A stretch of DNA of 32,142 nt from an uncultured bacterium (GCA_903832855.1 CAILDB010000006.1:1-32142), one strand, 5' to 3'; positions 17,273-27,203 are shown, counted from the first letter of the stretch. Numbers and translations are program-made. Notes: generated by a model not told the origin, from the sequence alone.

Positions 17273-17383
17273 TTTTCCCTTCTTTTTTTGCTTGCTTATT
17301 CGGTTCTCAAACTACGAAACAAGGGCGTTAGCCCTGTTTTTCCTATTTACAATGTTAGCATATCTGATATTAAAAGTCAAGCC

Positions 17384-18598
17384 CTAAAAATAGATTCTTT
17401 TGATAAGAGGGTTAATTCTGGTCAAAAACTCATATGTAGAGCCGTCAATTAGACTTGAGAGATAGTCGGCAGAGACCTCTTTTTTACTACTTTTTCCTAT
17501 TAAGGTGACTTCATCCCCCACTTTCGCTCCTTTTACATCTGTGGCATCAATCATAATAATATCCATACAAACTCGTCCGAGAATTTTGCAAAAAATGCCA
17601 TTTACCAAAACTTTTCCGATACTAGAGAGTGCCCTGGGATAACCATGCCAATACCCCACCGGTATCACAGCGACCACAGAATCTCTAAACAAAGTTTCCG
17701 TGCAATCATATCCGACCTTCGTTCCTTTTTTTAATTTTTTGATTTCGGCAATAACTGTCTTCCAAGACAAAACTGGTTTGAGAGAGATTTTACCTTCACA
17801 ACATGCCTGCGATTCTTTTGATGGCCAAATTCCGTAAAGACTAATTCCGACTCGGACCATATCAAAATGCGCTTCCTTAAAAAGTAATGTTCCGGAAGTT
17901 GCAGATGCATGACAGATAGGTTTTAAACCTGCTTTTAGGAAAGCTGTTCTCCATTTATTAAATTTTTCTATTTGAGAATTTGTGTAGGAAGGAAAAGCTG
18001 GATTTTTTGCCATTGCAAAGTGAGTGAAGAGTCCCTCAACAATAATATTTTTATTATTTTTTATTTCTTTCAAAACTTTTGTGATTTCGTCTTCGGAAAA
18101 TCCATGACGACTCATACCAGTGTCCACTTTTATGTGAATTCTAATTTTACCGATGTCATCCCCGCCTTTCCTTCTGTCATCCCGGCGGAGGCCGGGATCC
18201 ATCCCCTCTGTCTTTGCGAGCCACGCGAAGCAATCCAGTTTTTTAATTTCTGCAAGCGTCTCAAAACTAGAAACCGAAATACTAATATCTTTTTTAACCG
18301 CTTCTTCCAGCATTTCAGGTAAAGTGTAGCCGAGAACGAGAATAGGAATTTTAATTCCCTCTCTTCGCAAAGCGAGCGCCTCAATAACAGAATCAACCCC
18401 AAGAAAATCTGCACCATTTTTTTGCATTTCTTTTGCAAATTCAAAAAGATTGTGACCGTAAGCATTTGATTTTACCACCGCAAGCATTTTGCATTTCGGC
18501 GAAATAAGCGAACGAAAAACATCATAATTGTGTTTTATGGCTTTTCTGTCTATTTCTATCCAGGTTCGCAAACCTTTTCTTCCCGAGCTTTTTATCAT
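17384..18598 (-). CDS. alr: Alanine racemase
   Basis: AVVKSNAYGH PLP-lysine motif, KVDTGMSRHG, GRVCMD; start ATG 18598. Confidence 0.97.
   Translation of the reverse strand: MIKSSGRKGLRTWIEIDRKAIKHNYDVFRSLISPKCKMLAVVKSNAYGHNLFEFAKEMQKNGADFLGVDSVIEALALRREGIKIPILVLGYTLPEMLEEAVKKDISISVSSFETLAEIKKLDCFAWLAKTEGMDPGLRRDDRRKGGDDIGKIRIHIKVDTGMSRHGFSEDEITKVLKEIKNNKNIIVEGLFTHFAMAKNPAFPSYTNSQIEKFNKWRTAFLKAGLKPICHASATSGTLLFKEAHFDMVRVGISLYGIWPSKESQACCEGKISLKPVLSWKTVIAEIKKLKKGTKVGYDCTETLFRDSVVAVIPVGYWHGYPRALSSIGKVLVNGIFCKILGRVCMDIIMIDATDVKGAKVGDEVTLIGKSSKKEVSADYLSSLIDGSTYEFLTRINPLIKRIYF
18155..18238 (-). repeat. In-frame palindromic repeat insertion in alr
   Basis: Encodes LDCFAWLAKTEGMDPGLRRDDRRKGGDD; near-identical to intergenic 14716-14759 and 26298-26324. 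Confidence 0.9.
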
Positions 18599-18618
18599 AT
18601 TTAAATAATACATTAAAA

Positions 18619-18777
18619 TCGGGCTAGGCACCAGCTCGTCCGAAACATTTGTGGTCACAGGTATTTTTCTGCTGAAAAATCCCGCGACCCCGCCTCGCGC
18701 CGTCGCGCTCCGGCTCGCACACTGTAAAAGAAAATCGCCCAAGATTAATGGGCAATTTTCAATTATTTACAGTGTGC
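18619..18777 (-). repeat. tRNA-3'-attached structured repeat element
   Basis: GCACACTGTAAA..TTTACAGTGTGC hairpin, then GGAGCGCGACGGCGCGAG, GGGGTCGCGG..CTGTGACC, GAGCTGGTGCCTAG. Confidence 0.7.
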
Positions 18778-18856
18778 GCCGGGTTGGACTCGAACCAACG
18801 ATGCCGTGAGGCCGGAGATTTACAGTCTCCTGGAATAGCCGCTATCCGACCGGCGC
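18775..18856 (-). tRNA. tRNA-Tyr(GTA)
   Basis: GGAGA-CTGTAAA-TCTCC anticodon arm, long variable arm. Confidence 0.93.
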
Positions 18857-18897
18857 ATATTTGTGACTTATAGAGTGTATCAGATTTAAAATTTCTA

Positions 18898-21573
18898 TCA
18901 AGAGACGGCGACCTCCCTCTCCACAAGAAACCCTCTCCTACCCCTTTTTACATCAAGAGAAATTCCCTTGCCTTTCATATCAATTACAATAGAACCGCCT
19001 TTCATTATGCCTCCGGAAATTATGAGTGATGCAATAGGATTTAAAATTTTATTTTGTATGAGACGCTTGAGAGGTCTAGCACCATACTGTGGATTGTAAC
19101 CTTCCTCAGCAAGATATTCGACGGCTGATTTTGAAACCTCGAGGGTAATTTCTTTTACGGACAATCTTTCGCGAACTTCATCAAGCTGAATATTTACAAT
19201 TTTTTCTATTGCTTCTTTGCTCAAAATATCAAAAATAATTATGTCATCAACTCTGTTGAGAAATTCTGGTCTAAAAAAATCTTTCAAGCTTGCCATCACT
19301 TTTTCTTTTACTTGCACATATTCGTGTTTGTCATCTCGAGAACTTGCAAAACCAAGTTGTTCCATTTTGTCTATGTATTGAGCACCGATATTTGAAGTCA
19401 TTATGATAATTGTATTTTTGAAATTCACCACACGGCCTTTTGAATCCGTAAGTCTCCCACTATCCAGAACCTGCAAAAGTAAATTAAAAACTTCCGGATG
19501 TGCCTTTTCTATTTCATCAAAAAGAACTACAGAATACGGACGGTGCCTTACCATCTCGGTCAAATTTCCTCCTTCTTCATACCCCACATAACCCGGAGGT
19601 GAACCGATGAGTTTGGAAATTGAATGTCTCTCCATCATCTCGGACATATCCACTCTGATGAGCGATTTCTCATCATCAAACAAAAATTCTGTAAGTGCCT
19701 TTGTGAGCTCTGTTTTTCCAACGCCTGTTGGACCAAGAAAAATGAATGAGCCGATAGGTCTATTTGGGTCTGCAATCCCCGCACGAGATCTTTTAACCGT
19801 TTCAGAAATCTTTTTCACAGCATCACTCTGGCCGATAATTCTTTTTTCCAGTTCCTCCTCCATCCTGTTTAATTTATTTGCTTCGCCTTCAAGCATTTTT
19901 GAAATAGGAATTCCCGTCCATCTGGAAACAACATTTGCAATATCTTCCTCGGTAATTTCTTCCTTCAAAATTCTTCTTGAGCCCTGAAGTTTTTTTAATT
20001 TCTTGGATTTTATATCCAAATCCTTTTCAACTTCCGGAATTTTGCCATAGCGAATTTCGGCCACTTTTGAGAGGTCGGCTCGCATTTCTGCGTTGTCTGC
20101 TTCTATTCTGAGACTTTCAAGCTGTTTCTTGTCAGTCTTAATTCCATTGATTGTTTCTTTTTCTGTTTTCCATCTTATCTCTACGTCAGATGTCTTTTCT
20201 TTCAGATCGGCAATTTCTTTTTCTATAACCTTTACTCGAGCTTCTGTCTCTTTTTTCTTGCTTCCGTTTGCTTCTTTTTTCAACGCTTCTTTTTCTATTT
20301 CAAGTCTCATCACCTTTCTGTGCGTTTCTTCGAGAACCGGTGGCATATTTTCCAAAGAAATTTTGAGAGATGAAGACGCTTCATCAATAAGGTCTACCGC
20401 TTTATCCGGCAAAAATCTATCCGCAATATATCTTGCACTCAAATTTACAGCTGACAAAATAGAATTATCTGTAATTCTAACTCCGTGAAAAAGCTCGTAT
20501 TTTTCTTTCAATCCTCGAAGTATCGCGATCGCATCCTCAATGGACGGCTCGCTCACAATCACCGGCTGAAAACGACGCGTCAAGGCAGGGTCTCTCTCAA
20601 TCCTTTGATATTCCTTCAGCGTAGTCGCACCGATAGTTCGAAGTTCGCCTTTTGATAAAGCGGGCTTGAGCATATTTGAGGCATCAAGCGAACCCTCGGC
20701 AGAACCCGCACCAACAATAGTATGCATTTCATCTATAAAAAGAATTATTTTTCCTTCCGACTTTTCTATTTCTTTTATAATTCCTTTCATTCTGTCTTCA
20801 AATTCTCCTCTATATTTTGTACCGGCAATCAAAAGCCCGAGGTCAAGAGAAACTAGTTCCTTGTCTTTCAAAGATTCCGGGACATCACCCACTGCAATGC
20901 GGGTAGCAAGCCCTTCCACAATTGCTGTCTTTCCCACACCAGCTTCACCTATCAAAACCGGATTATTTTTTGTGCGTCTAGAAAGTATTTGAATTACCCT
21001 GGAAATTTCGCTATCTCTGCCGATGACTGGATCCAATTTATTATCCCTCGCCATCTTTGTCAGATTTCTCGTGTATTTTGAAATTGATTTATATTTTTTC
21101 TGGGAATTATCCGTCTGCCAACTTTTGTCCGTCTTAAATTCATTTACAAGTTTTATTACTTCTTCTTTTTCTATTTTAAATTTAAAAAGCAAATCGCGCG
21201 CATTACAAGAAACATTAAAAATCGCAAGGAAAAGATGCTCAGTGGAAATAAAACTATCTTTGAGCTCACCTGCCACTTTTCCGGAACTATCCAGTATCTG
21301 CGCAAGGTCAGGTGTTAGATAAAGCTGATACGAAGATGCCACAGCAGAAGTACTGCCAGTCACTTCAAGTGCGTCAAGAACATTTTCGGTAAGTAGCATT
21401 ATATCCACATCGAGTCTTTCAAGAATTGATGAAACAGGACTGTCTTCTTGCATAATCAAAGAGACAAGCAAATGCAAAGGATTTACATGATTTTGCCCAC
21501 GCTCAATAGCCAGCTCGTGCGCCCTCTTTATCGCCTCTTTGGCCTTTGTTGTAAAATTATTTATTGGTGGCAT
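18898..21573 (-). CDS. clpB: ATP-dependent chaperone ClpB
   Basis: Clp N domain, two AAA+ modules ([16 protein letters not shown]), long coiled-coil middle domain. Confidence 0.93.
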   Translation of the reverse strand: MPPINNFTTKAKEAIKRAHELAIERGQNHVNPLHLLVSLIMQEDSPVSSILERLDVDIMLLTENVLDALEVTGSTSAVASSYQLYLTPDLAQILDSSGKVAGELKDSFISTEHLFLAIFNVSCNARDLLFKFKIEKEEVIKLVNEFKTDKSWQTDNSQKKYKSISKYTRNLTKMARDNKLDPVIGRDSEISRVIQILSRRTKNNPVLIGEAGVGKTAIVEGLATRIAVGDVPESLKDKELVSLDLGLLIAGTKYRGEFEDRMKGIIKEIEKSEGKIILFIDEMHTIVGAGSAEGSLDASNMLKPALSKGELRTIGATTLKEYQRIERDPALTRRFQPVIVSEPSIEDAIAILRGLKEKYELFHGVRITDNSILSAVNLSARYIADRFLPDKAVDLIDEASSSLKISLENMPPVLEETHRKVMRLEIEKEALKKEANGSKKKETEARVKVIEKEIADLKEKTSDVEIRWKTEKETINGIKTDKKQLESLRIEADNAEMRADLSKVAEIRYGKIPEVEKDLDIKSKKLKKLQGSRRILKEEITEEDIANVVSRWTGIPISKMLEGEANKLNRMEEELEKRIIGQSDAVKKISETVKRSRAGIADPNRPIGSFIFLGPTGVGKTELTKALTEFLFDDEKSLIRVDMSEMMERHSISKLIGSPPGYVGYEEGGNLTEMVRHRPYSVVLFDEIEKAHPEVFNLLLQVLDSGRLTDSKGRVVNFKNTIIIMTSNIGAQYIDKMEQLGFASSRDDKHEYVQVKEKVMASLKDFFRPEFLNRVDDIIIFDILSKEAIEKIVNIQLDEVRERLSVKEITLEVSKSAVEYLAEEGYNPQYGARPLKRLIQNKILNPIASLIISGGIMKGGSIVIDMKGKGISLDVKRGRRGFLVEREVAVS

Positions 21574-21644
21574 TACGGTGATTATAAATCATATCAGCAA
21601 AGAATCAAGCTTGACGAAATTTAACCATTTGCTATACTCTTAAG

Positions 21645-21708
21645 TACACATTGGCCATCCGTGCAAACGGACAGTGCCTCCGAGAAAGCCCGCTTCACGG
21701 CGGGTTTT
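21645..21708 (+). ncRNA. Candidate ~60-nt small RNA
   Basis: TTGACG-16-TATACT promoter, TCCGT-GCAA-ACGGA hairpin, terminator GCCCGC..GCGGGT-TTTT. Confidence 0.35.
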
Positions 21709-21781
21709 TGTTTTATCAACTTTAGCAATGGCAAGGACCGTCCTTGATATTTGCTCAATATTTTTTTTAGGATATATTAAT

Positions 21782-22015
21782 TTAGAGAAGAAAAGTAAAA
21801 ACAAATAGAATAATTGAAGCTAATGACAGATACATCCAGATAGAATAATTCTTATTTTTTCTCATTCTAATAATCCATACTATAGAAAATATCGGAGAAA
21901 TTATATAAACAAAAAATAGTGGGTGTGGGTTATCAAATACTAATCCGAATAAAAGGCCATAGTAGGCTATTATTATTTGTATCAATAAAACTATAACTGC
22001 AGATATATATCCCAT
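21782..22015 (-). CDS. Small hydrophobic membrane protein
   Basis: Three hydrophobic segments, very AT-rich; TGATATACT 8 nt before ATG 22015. Confidence 0.65.
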   Translation of the reverse strand: MGYISAVIVLLIQIIIAYYGLLFGLVFDNPHPLFFVYIISPIFSIVWIIRMRKNKNYSIWMYLSLASIILFVFTFLL

Positions 22016-22079
22016 ATTTAAAAAGTATATCATTGTTTAGTTAACCAGCAAGGGTGACACTGTGGATAAGAACCACCTG

Positions 22080-22143
22080 ATATGGCAAGGTCTGACCTTG
22101 CCATATTGAAAAGATGGATTCCGTTCTTCAACGGAATGACAGA
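22080..22143. repeat. Two adjacent palindromic repeats
   Basis: ATATGGCAAGGTC-T-GACCTTGCCATAT and TGGATTCCGTT-CTTC-AACGGAATGAC. Confidence 0.75.
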
Positions 22144-22168
22144 GAAGCTGGAATTACATTCAAAAATG

Positions 22169-23008
22169 TCATTTTTTTAGGGCAGAAATAGCGGTTTTTA
22201 CAAAACTGGTTGGAGCAAAAAGATTGGTGAGATCGTTTGAAGGAATGACGGTTTTGATACCGACTAGGTCGCCGGAAAGATTGAAAATTGGGCTACCAGC
22301 GAGAAGACTACCAGAAGAAAAATTGGTTTGAATGTAGGAGACAGGATTGTCGGAAGGTGTGGAAGTGCTAGTCGTATCGGAATTGTCCACTCCAAGACTT
22401 GAAACGATACCTACAGAAACAGTATTTTTTGATTGCCCGCCAACAAGGATGACTGTCTGACCAAGCTGTACATCTTCTGAACCTAAAGTGAATTTGGATA
22501 ATTTTGTACTTGTGGCAAGATCGCTAACTTTAAATAAAGCGACAGGATTTGAAGAGGAAGAATATGCGAGATCCAAAGTATGCATTTTGCCGTCGGATAA
22601 AGTAGCGAGATATTTTCCACCGTTAATTACAAAATTATTATCTGTTGCAATAATTCCATCATTTGAGACTAAAGCTCCTAGGCCAAGAAAAGCATTATAA
22701 TTTTGTGCATCTGTATCGGAAGTTTTAATAATATATAATCTGACTACATTAGATTTATTTTTATCTACTGCTTCTACTGTACGATCACCTTCAGTGACTA
22801 CAACTGTCTCTATAGTCCTCGTGGTGGTAGCTGCTGGAGCCGACACAACTGTCTGAATAGTTTTTTCTACAACTCTGTTTATGGTTTGAATTGCTGTCTG
22901 AGGTGCTTGATTCATAAGAGCCACGGTAACAATACCCGTCGCGATAGAAGTAATGAAGCTTACAAGAAGTGTAAGCAAAACGATTTGTTGTTTATTTAAA
23001 TTTTCCAC
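22169..23008 (-). CDS. Membrane-anchored trypsin-like (HtrA/S1C) protein, catalytic residues degenerate
   Basis: GLGALVSNDGIIAT, LGQTVI, GSPIFNLSGDLVGI; lacks TNxH and GNSGG. Confidence 0.8.
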   Translation of the reverse strand: MENLNKQQIVLLTLLVSFITSIATGIVTVALMNQAPQTAIQTINRVVEKTIQTVVSAPAATTTRTIETVVVTEGDRTVEAVDKNKSNVVRLYIIKTSDTDAQNYNAFLGLGALVSNDGIIATDNNFVINGGKYLATLSDGKMHTLDLAYSSSSNPVALFKVSDLATSTKLSKFTLGSEDVQLGQTVILVGGQSKNTVSVGIVSSLGVDNSDTTSTSTPSDNPVSYIQTNFSSGSLLAGSPIFNLSGDLVGIKTVIPSNDLTNLFAPTSFVKTAISALKK

Positions 23009-23015
23009 ACAAGTA

Positions 23016-24239
23016 TTATATCAACTTTTGCAAAGACTTCAATAGTTTTTTAATATCACTTGATTTAGTGCTTCTGCCGAGAGAAAAACGCAGGGAACCT
23101 TCAGCTCTTTTGGATATCTCCTCTTTTGTGGCATCACTTTTTGAAGCAATGATTTTCACTACACGAGAAGAACCGAGGTCGGACTCGCAAGCACTAGCTG
23201 AGGAGCAAATAATTCCTTCTTCATCAAGTTGCAAGACCATAAATTCTCCTGATTTTCCGGGGATTGAAATGTTGATATTGTTTGGGAGGCGGTTTGAGAG
23301 AGGGCCGTTTATAATGGCGGAGGGGACGAATTTTTTGAGCTGCTCAAAAAATTCGTCTTTCAGCTTCCCCACTCTTTTCGCTTCTTTTGTTGTCGCCAAG
23401 GAGAGACCTTTTTTCAGATTTAAGGTCTCACCTTTGCGACAAATTTCAATTGCTTTTGCAAATCCAGCTATCAATGCCACATTTTCTGTCCCGGCTCTCA
23501 TTCCATTTTCTTGTCCTCCACCAAAAATCATAGGCTTTATTTGAATTCCGTCTTTTACAAAAAGCGCACCGACACCTTTTGGCCCGTACATTTTCTGTGC
23601 ATCAAGTGTGACCAAGTCTACCCCAAGCTCCTCTACATTCATATTTAAATATTGCCCTGCCTGACTTGCATCGATATGAAAATACGGATATCTGTTTTGA
23701 ATTCCCAATCCTTTTCTCGCGTGACGAATTTCTTTTGCAATTTCTCTGACTAACTGAACTGTACCGATTTCACTATTTGCATATCCGACAGTCACAAGCG
23801 CTGTATTTTTATTTATTATTTTTCTCAAATTCCTTGGCTCAACAAGTCCCTCGGGAGAAACAGAAAGATATTTTATCTTCACACCTCTTTTCTCCAATTC
23901 TTTCAAACATTCCAAAACAGAACTATGTTCTATTTCTGTTGTTATGATTTCTATTTCCTCTGGTTTTCTTCCATCATCAATCAGCTTCTGCACAGTTCCA
24001 AAAATTGCCAAATTATTTGCCTCGGTTCCTCCTGATGTGAAAATAATTTCTTTACTACGAGCATTCAAAAAACCCGCAACAACTTTCCTCGCATCTTCAA
24101 CAGCATTTTTCGCTTTCACACCAAAACTATGTATGGAACTTGGATTTCCAAAATCATTCAAAAACCACGGCTTCATTGCCTCAAAAACTTTCTTATCTGT
24201 GGGCGTGGTTGCCGAATTGTCTAAAAAAATCTTGACCAT
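23016..24239 (-). CDS. iscS: Cysteine desulfurase (IscS/NifS type)
   Basis: FLDNSATTP, FGNPSSIH, FTSGGTEANN, KMYGPKGVG, RAGTEN, SSASAC. Confidence 0.92.
   Translation of the reverse strand: MVKIFLDNSATTPTDKKVFEAMKPWFLNDFGNPSSIHSFGVKAKNAVEDARKVVAGFLNARSKEIIFTSGGTEANNLAIFGTVQKLIDDGRKPEEIEIITTEIEHSSVLECLKELEKRGVKIKYLSVSPEGLVEPRNLRKIINKNTALVTVGYANSEIGTVQLVREIAKEIRHARKGLGIQNRYPYFHIDASQAGQYLNMNVEELGVDLVTLDAQKMYGPKGVGALFVKDGIQIKPMIFGGGQENGMRAGTENVALIAGFAKAIEICRKGETLNLKKGLSLATTKEAKRVGKLKDEFFEQLKKFVPSAIINGPLSNRLPNNINISIPGKSGEFMVLQLDEEGIICSSASACESDLGSSRVVKIIASKSDATKEEISKRAEGSLRFSLGRSTKSSDIKKLLKSLQKLI
23391..23441 (-). repeat. In-frame 51-nt hairpin repeat in iscS
   Basis: TGTCGCCAAGGAGAGACCTT-11nt-AAGGTCTCACCTTTGCGACA; exactly 17 codons. 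Confidence 0.7.
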
Positions 24240-24296
24240 GATTAAGAATCTAACATTTTTTGCAAAATATTAAAAGTGTAGTATAATCTAACAATT

Positions 24297-24758
24297 ATGG
24301 TATTAAACGATTACATTCTAATAGGTGCCCTTGCTGTTGCACTGATTTCTCTACTTTGGGCTATCAGACTTGAAATAAAACTTCGAAAAATTCTGGGACA
24401 AAAAGGCACAAATCTAGATGAGGCAATTATTTCTATGAAAAAGGACACTGAGCACCTAAAAAACTTCGCCAGAAAATCCGCAGAAAATTTTGGTGTGATT
24501 TCTAAAAAATTAAGAAAGACAATTTCAGGCGTTGAGACAATTAGATTCAATCCATTCAAAGGCACTGGTGCTGGAAACAACCAAAGTTTCGCCACGGCAT
24601 TTGTAAATGAAGATGGAGACGGGGCAATCGTCTCAAGTTTGTATTCCAGAGAGCATGTCAGCATTTTTAGCAAACCAATCAAAAATATGAAGTCAGAATA
24701 TGAATTAACCGCCGAAGAAAAGGAGGCCTTGCAAAAAGCCAAAGAAAGCATAAAGTAA
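24297..24758 (+). CDS. DUF4446-like membrane-anchored protein
   Basis: N-terminal TM; IRFNPF..QSFATAFVNEDGDG..SSLYSRE..KPI..L..EE motif. Confidence 0.8.
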   Translation: MVLNDYILIGALAVALISLLWAIRLEIKLRKILGQKGTNLDEAIISMKKDTEHLKNFARKSAENFGVISKKLRKTISGVETIRFNPFKGTGAGNNQSFATAFVNEDGDGAIVSSLYSREHVSIFSKPIKNMKSEYELTAEEKEALQKAKESIK

Positions 24759-24796
24759 CAAAGTGAAACAGACATTCACACATTTTAATACAAGTC

Positions 24797-26287
24797 ATGA
24801 TTACCAAGGACAACAAAGGCATATTGGAGCGTCCACCCGTTATTTGCATAATGGGGCATATTGATCATGGTAAATCGACTCTTTTAGATTACATTAGAAA
24901 AACAAACATTGTTGACACAGAAGTTGGCGGAATTACTCAAAGACTCTCTGCATATGAGGTAGTTCACAATAATAAAAAAATAACTTTCTTAGATACTCCC
25001 GGCCACGAGGCTTTTGGTGCGATGCGCTCTCGCGGAGTAAATGTCGCGGATATTGCTGTGCTTGTAGTCTCTGCAGAAGAAGGTGTCAAAAAGCAAACTC
25101 TTGAAGCTTACAAAAATATTAAAGATAGTGGTGTCCCATATATTGTCGCAATAAATAAAATTGACCGCCCAGACGCCAATGTAGAAAAAACAAAAAATAG
25201 TTTGGTTGAAAATGAAATTTATATTGAAGGATACGGAGGTTCTGTCCCCTGCCTTCTTATTTCTGCAAAGACCGGTCAGGGTGTAAATGAACTTTTGGAT
25301 ATGATGCTTCTCCTCGCCGAAATTCAAGAACTCAAAGGTGACACAAATAAAGATGCCGAAGGTGCTGTAATAGAATCTTTTCTTGACCAGAAAAAAGGTA
25401 TCACCGCCACACTTGTCATTAAAGATGGAAAAATAAAAAGTGGAATGTATGTAGCTTGTGGATGTAGCATTGCCCCAACAAGAATGATGGAAGATTTTTT
25501 GGGCAAAAAAATTACAGAAGCCACTTTCTCATCCCCTATAAAAATAATCGGCTTTGATAAACTTCCTGAAGTTGGAAGCGATTTCAAGATTTTTGAAGAT
25601 AAAAAAGATGCCGAGGAATATTGCTTGATGCAACAAAAAGCTTGTAACAAATTTGAGAAATGTAATGTAGAGGAAGAAAATGAAGGCCACATAAATGTAA
25701 TAATTAAGGCCGAGGTTTCGGGAACATTGGACGCCATCAGTCACGAAATTAAAAAAATAAAAAATGACAAGGTCAAAGTTCGTGTGGTTAGCTCCGGAAT
25801 TGGAGATATTTCAGAAAGTGATGTAAAGACGGCTTCAGCTAAGAAAGGTGCCGTAATACTTGGCTTTGATGTGAAAGTGGCACCAACCGCCGTGAACCTT
25901 GCCGACAGAGACAATATCCCAATAAAAATATTTAACATAATTTACAAACTCACAGAATATCTCGAAGAAGAAATTAAACTTAGGACTCCAAAAGAAAAAG
26001 TTGAGGAAATCACCGCAAAAGTAAAAGTCCTAAAGATTTTTGGAACAGTAAAAGACAAGCATGTCTTCGGTGCAAGAGTTGAAATGGGTGAATTATCGCT
26101 CGGAGATGAAGTAAAAATAATGCGAAGAGAAGAAGATATCGGTAGAGGAAAAATAAAAAACTTACAAAAAGATAAGAAAGAAGTAAAAGAAGTTACAGAA
26201 GGTATGGAATTTGGTTGTCAGATACAAAGCGTTATTCCACCGGCACCAGGAGATAAACTGGAAGTATTTAAAATTGTTGAAAAATGA
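24797..26287 (+). CDS. infB: Translation initiation factor IF-2 (no N-terminal extension)
   Basis: [37 protein letters not shown]. Confidence 0.97.
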   Translation: MITKDNKGILERPPVICIMGHIDHGKSTLLDYIRKTNIVDTEVGGITQRLSAYEVVHNNKKITFLDTPGHEAFGAMRSRGVNVADIAVLVVSAEEGVKKQTLEAYKNIKDSGVPYIVAINKIDRPDANVEKTKNSLVENEIYIEGYGGSVPCLLISAKTGQGVNELLDMMLLLAEIQELKGDTNKDAEGAVIESFLDQKKGITATLVIKDGKIKSGMYVACGCSIAPTRMMEDFLGKKITEATFSSPIKIIGFDKLPEVGSDFKIFEDKKDAEEYCLMQQKACNKFEKCNVEEENEGHINVIIKAEVSGTLDAISHEIKKIKNDKVKVRVVSSGIGDISESDVKTASAKKGAVILGFDVKVAPTAVNLADRDNIPIKIFNIIYKLTEYLEEEIKLRTPKEKVEEITAKVKVLKIFGTVKDKHVFGARVEMGELSLGDEVKIMRREEDIGRGKIKNLQKDKKEVKEVTEGMEFGCQIQSVIPPAPGDKLEVFKIVEK

Positions 26288-26297
26288 CAATTCTGAT

Positions 26298-26324
26298 TGT
26301 CATCCCCGCGAAGGCGGGGATCCA
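26298..26324. repeat. Palindromic repeat between infB and rbfA
   Basis: TGTCATCCCCGCGAAGGCGGGGATCCA. Confidence 0.85.
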
Positions 26325-26337
26325 GTAAAAAAATATT

Positions 26338-26670
26338 ATGGACAACAAAGAAGAAAAAATAAGTAATCAAATAAAAGAGCTCGCCGCAAAGTTTATTCAA
26401 AGAGAATCAAACGGCCTTTCGCTTATTACCATTACCAATTCACAGGTTTCAAAAGACGGAAAATATGTTACTATACTTTTTACGGTCTTACCCGAGGACA
26501 AAGAGTCAGATGCTTTGGACTTTACGAAAAGGAAAAGATCGGAATTTAGAGATTTTGTAAAATCAGAATTAAGACTCGGAAGAATTCCAACTTTTGATTT
26601 TGAGATAGACTACGGCGAAAAACACCGACAAAAGATAGACAAAATTTCTATAGAAAGTAACAAGGCCTAG
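26338..26670 (+). CDS. rbfA: Ribosome-binding factor A
   Basis: Follows infB; ITIT..VSKD, LRLGRIPTFDFEID. Confidence 0.9.
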   Translation: MDNKEEKISNQIKELAAKFIQRESNGLSLITITNSQVSKDGKYVTILFTVLPEDKESDALDFTKRKRSEFRDFVKSELRLGRIPTFDFEIDYGEKHRQKIDKISIESNKA

Positions 26671-26735
26671 TTGCTAAGTGGTAAAGCGACGGTCTGCAAA
26701 ACCGTTATGCGGCAGTTCGATTCTGCCCTAGGCCT
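26664..26735 (+). tRNA. tRNA-Cys(GCA)
   Basis: GGCCTAG/CTAGGCC acceptor, ACGGT-CTGCAAA-ACCGT, U73. Confidence 0.94.
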
Positions 26736-26771
26736 CACTAAAACAATAGATTGTTTTAGATAAAATAAAAT

Positions 26772-26855
26772 GCCCGAGTGCTGAAATCGGTAGACAGCCC
26801 TGACTTAAAATCAGGTGGTCGTAAGGCCGTGTGGGTTCGATTCCCACCTCGGGCA
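26772..26855 (+). tRNA. tRNA-Leu(TAA)
   Basis: CCTGA-CTTAAAA-TCAGG, variable arm. Confidence 0.94.
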
Positions 26856-26891
26856 CAAAGGTGATTGATACGGTTTTGAAAATTAAATAAT

Positions 26892-26964
26892 GCGTCCATA
26901 GCTCAGCTGGTAGAGCAGGTCCCTCTTAAGGACAAGGTCGTAGGTTCGAGCCCTACTGGACGCA
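26892..26964 (+). tRNA. tRNA-Lys(CTT)
   Basis: GCGTCCA/TGGACGC acceptor, GTCC-CTCTTAA-GGAC. Confidence 0.93.
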
Positions 26965-27202
26965 CAGTGCTGTTTCCTTGAGGATAGACGTATCCTCAAG
27001 GAGACCTACCGCGGGAAGTGATGACATGAGCAGGGAAAATTATGTCATTAACTCCGCGTCCGAAGCACTTTTATTGCTGCACATCTGGTGACCCCAGATT
27101 AAGGTATGCGCTAGACACGTGACGCATGCAAATAGCGAAGAGGATACGGGTAATTCCGTATTAGCGGTATGGAGTCAGATCCCTGTCTGATTCCATTCTT
27201 TT
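26965..27202 (+). ncRNA. Unidentified multi-hairpin structured RNA in the tRNA cluster
   Basis: Six hairpins plus long-range TACCGC/GCGGTA pairing; many G.U pairs on the + strand. Confidence 0.5.
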
Positions 27203-27203
27203 C

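Noticed and set aside
18599-18742. 48-aa N-terminal extension of alr
   Set aside because: Translates the tRNA-attached repeat; true start is 18598
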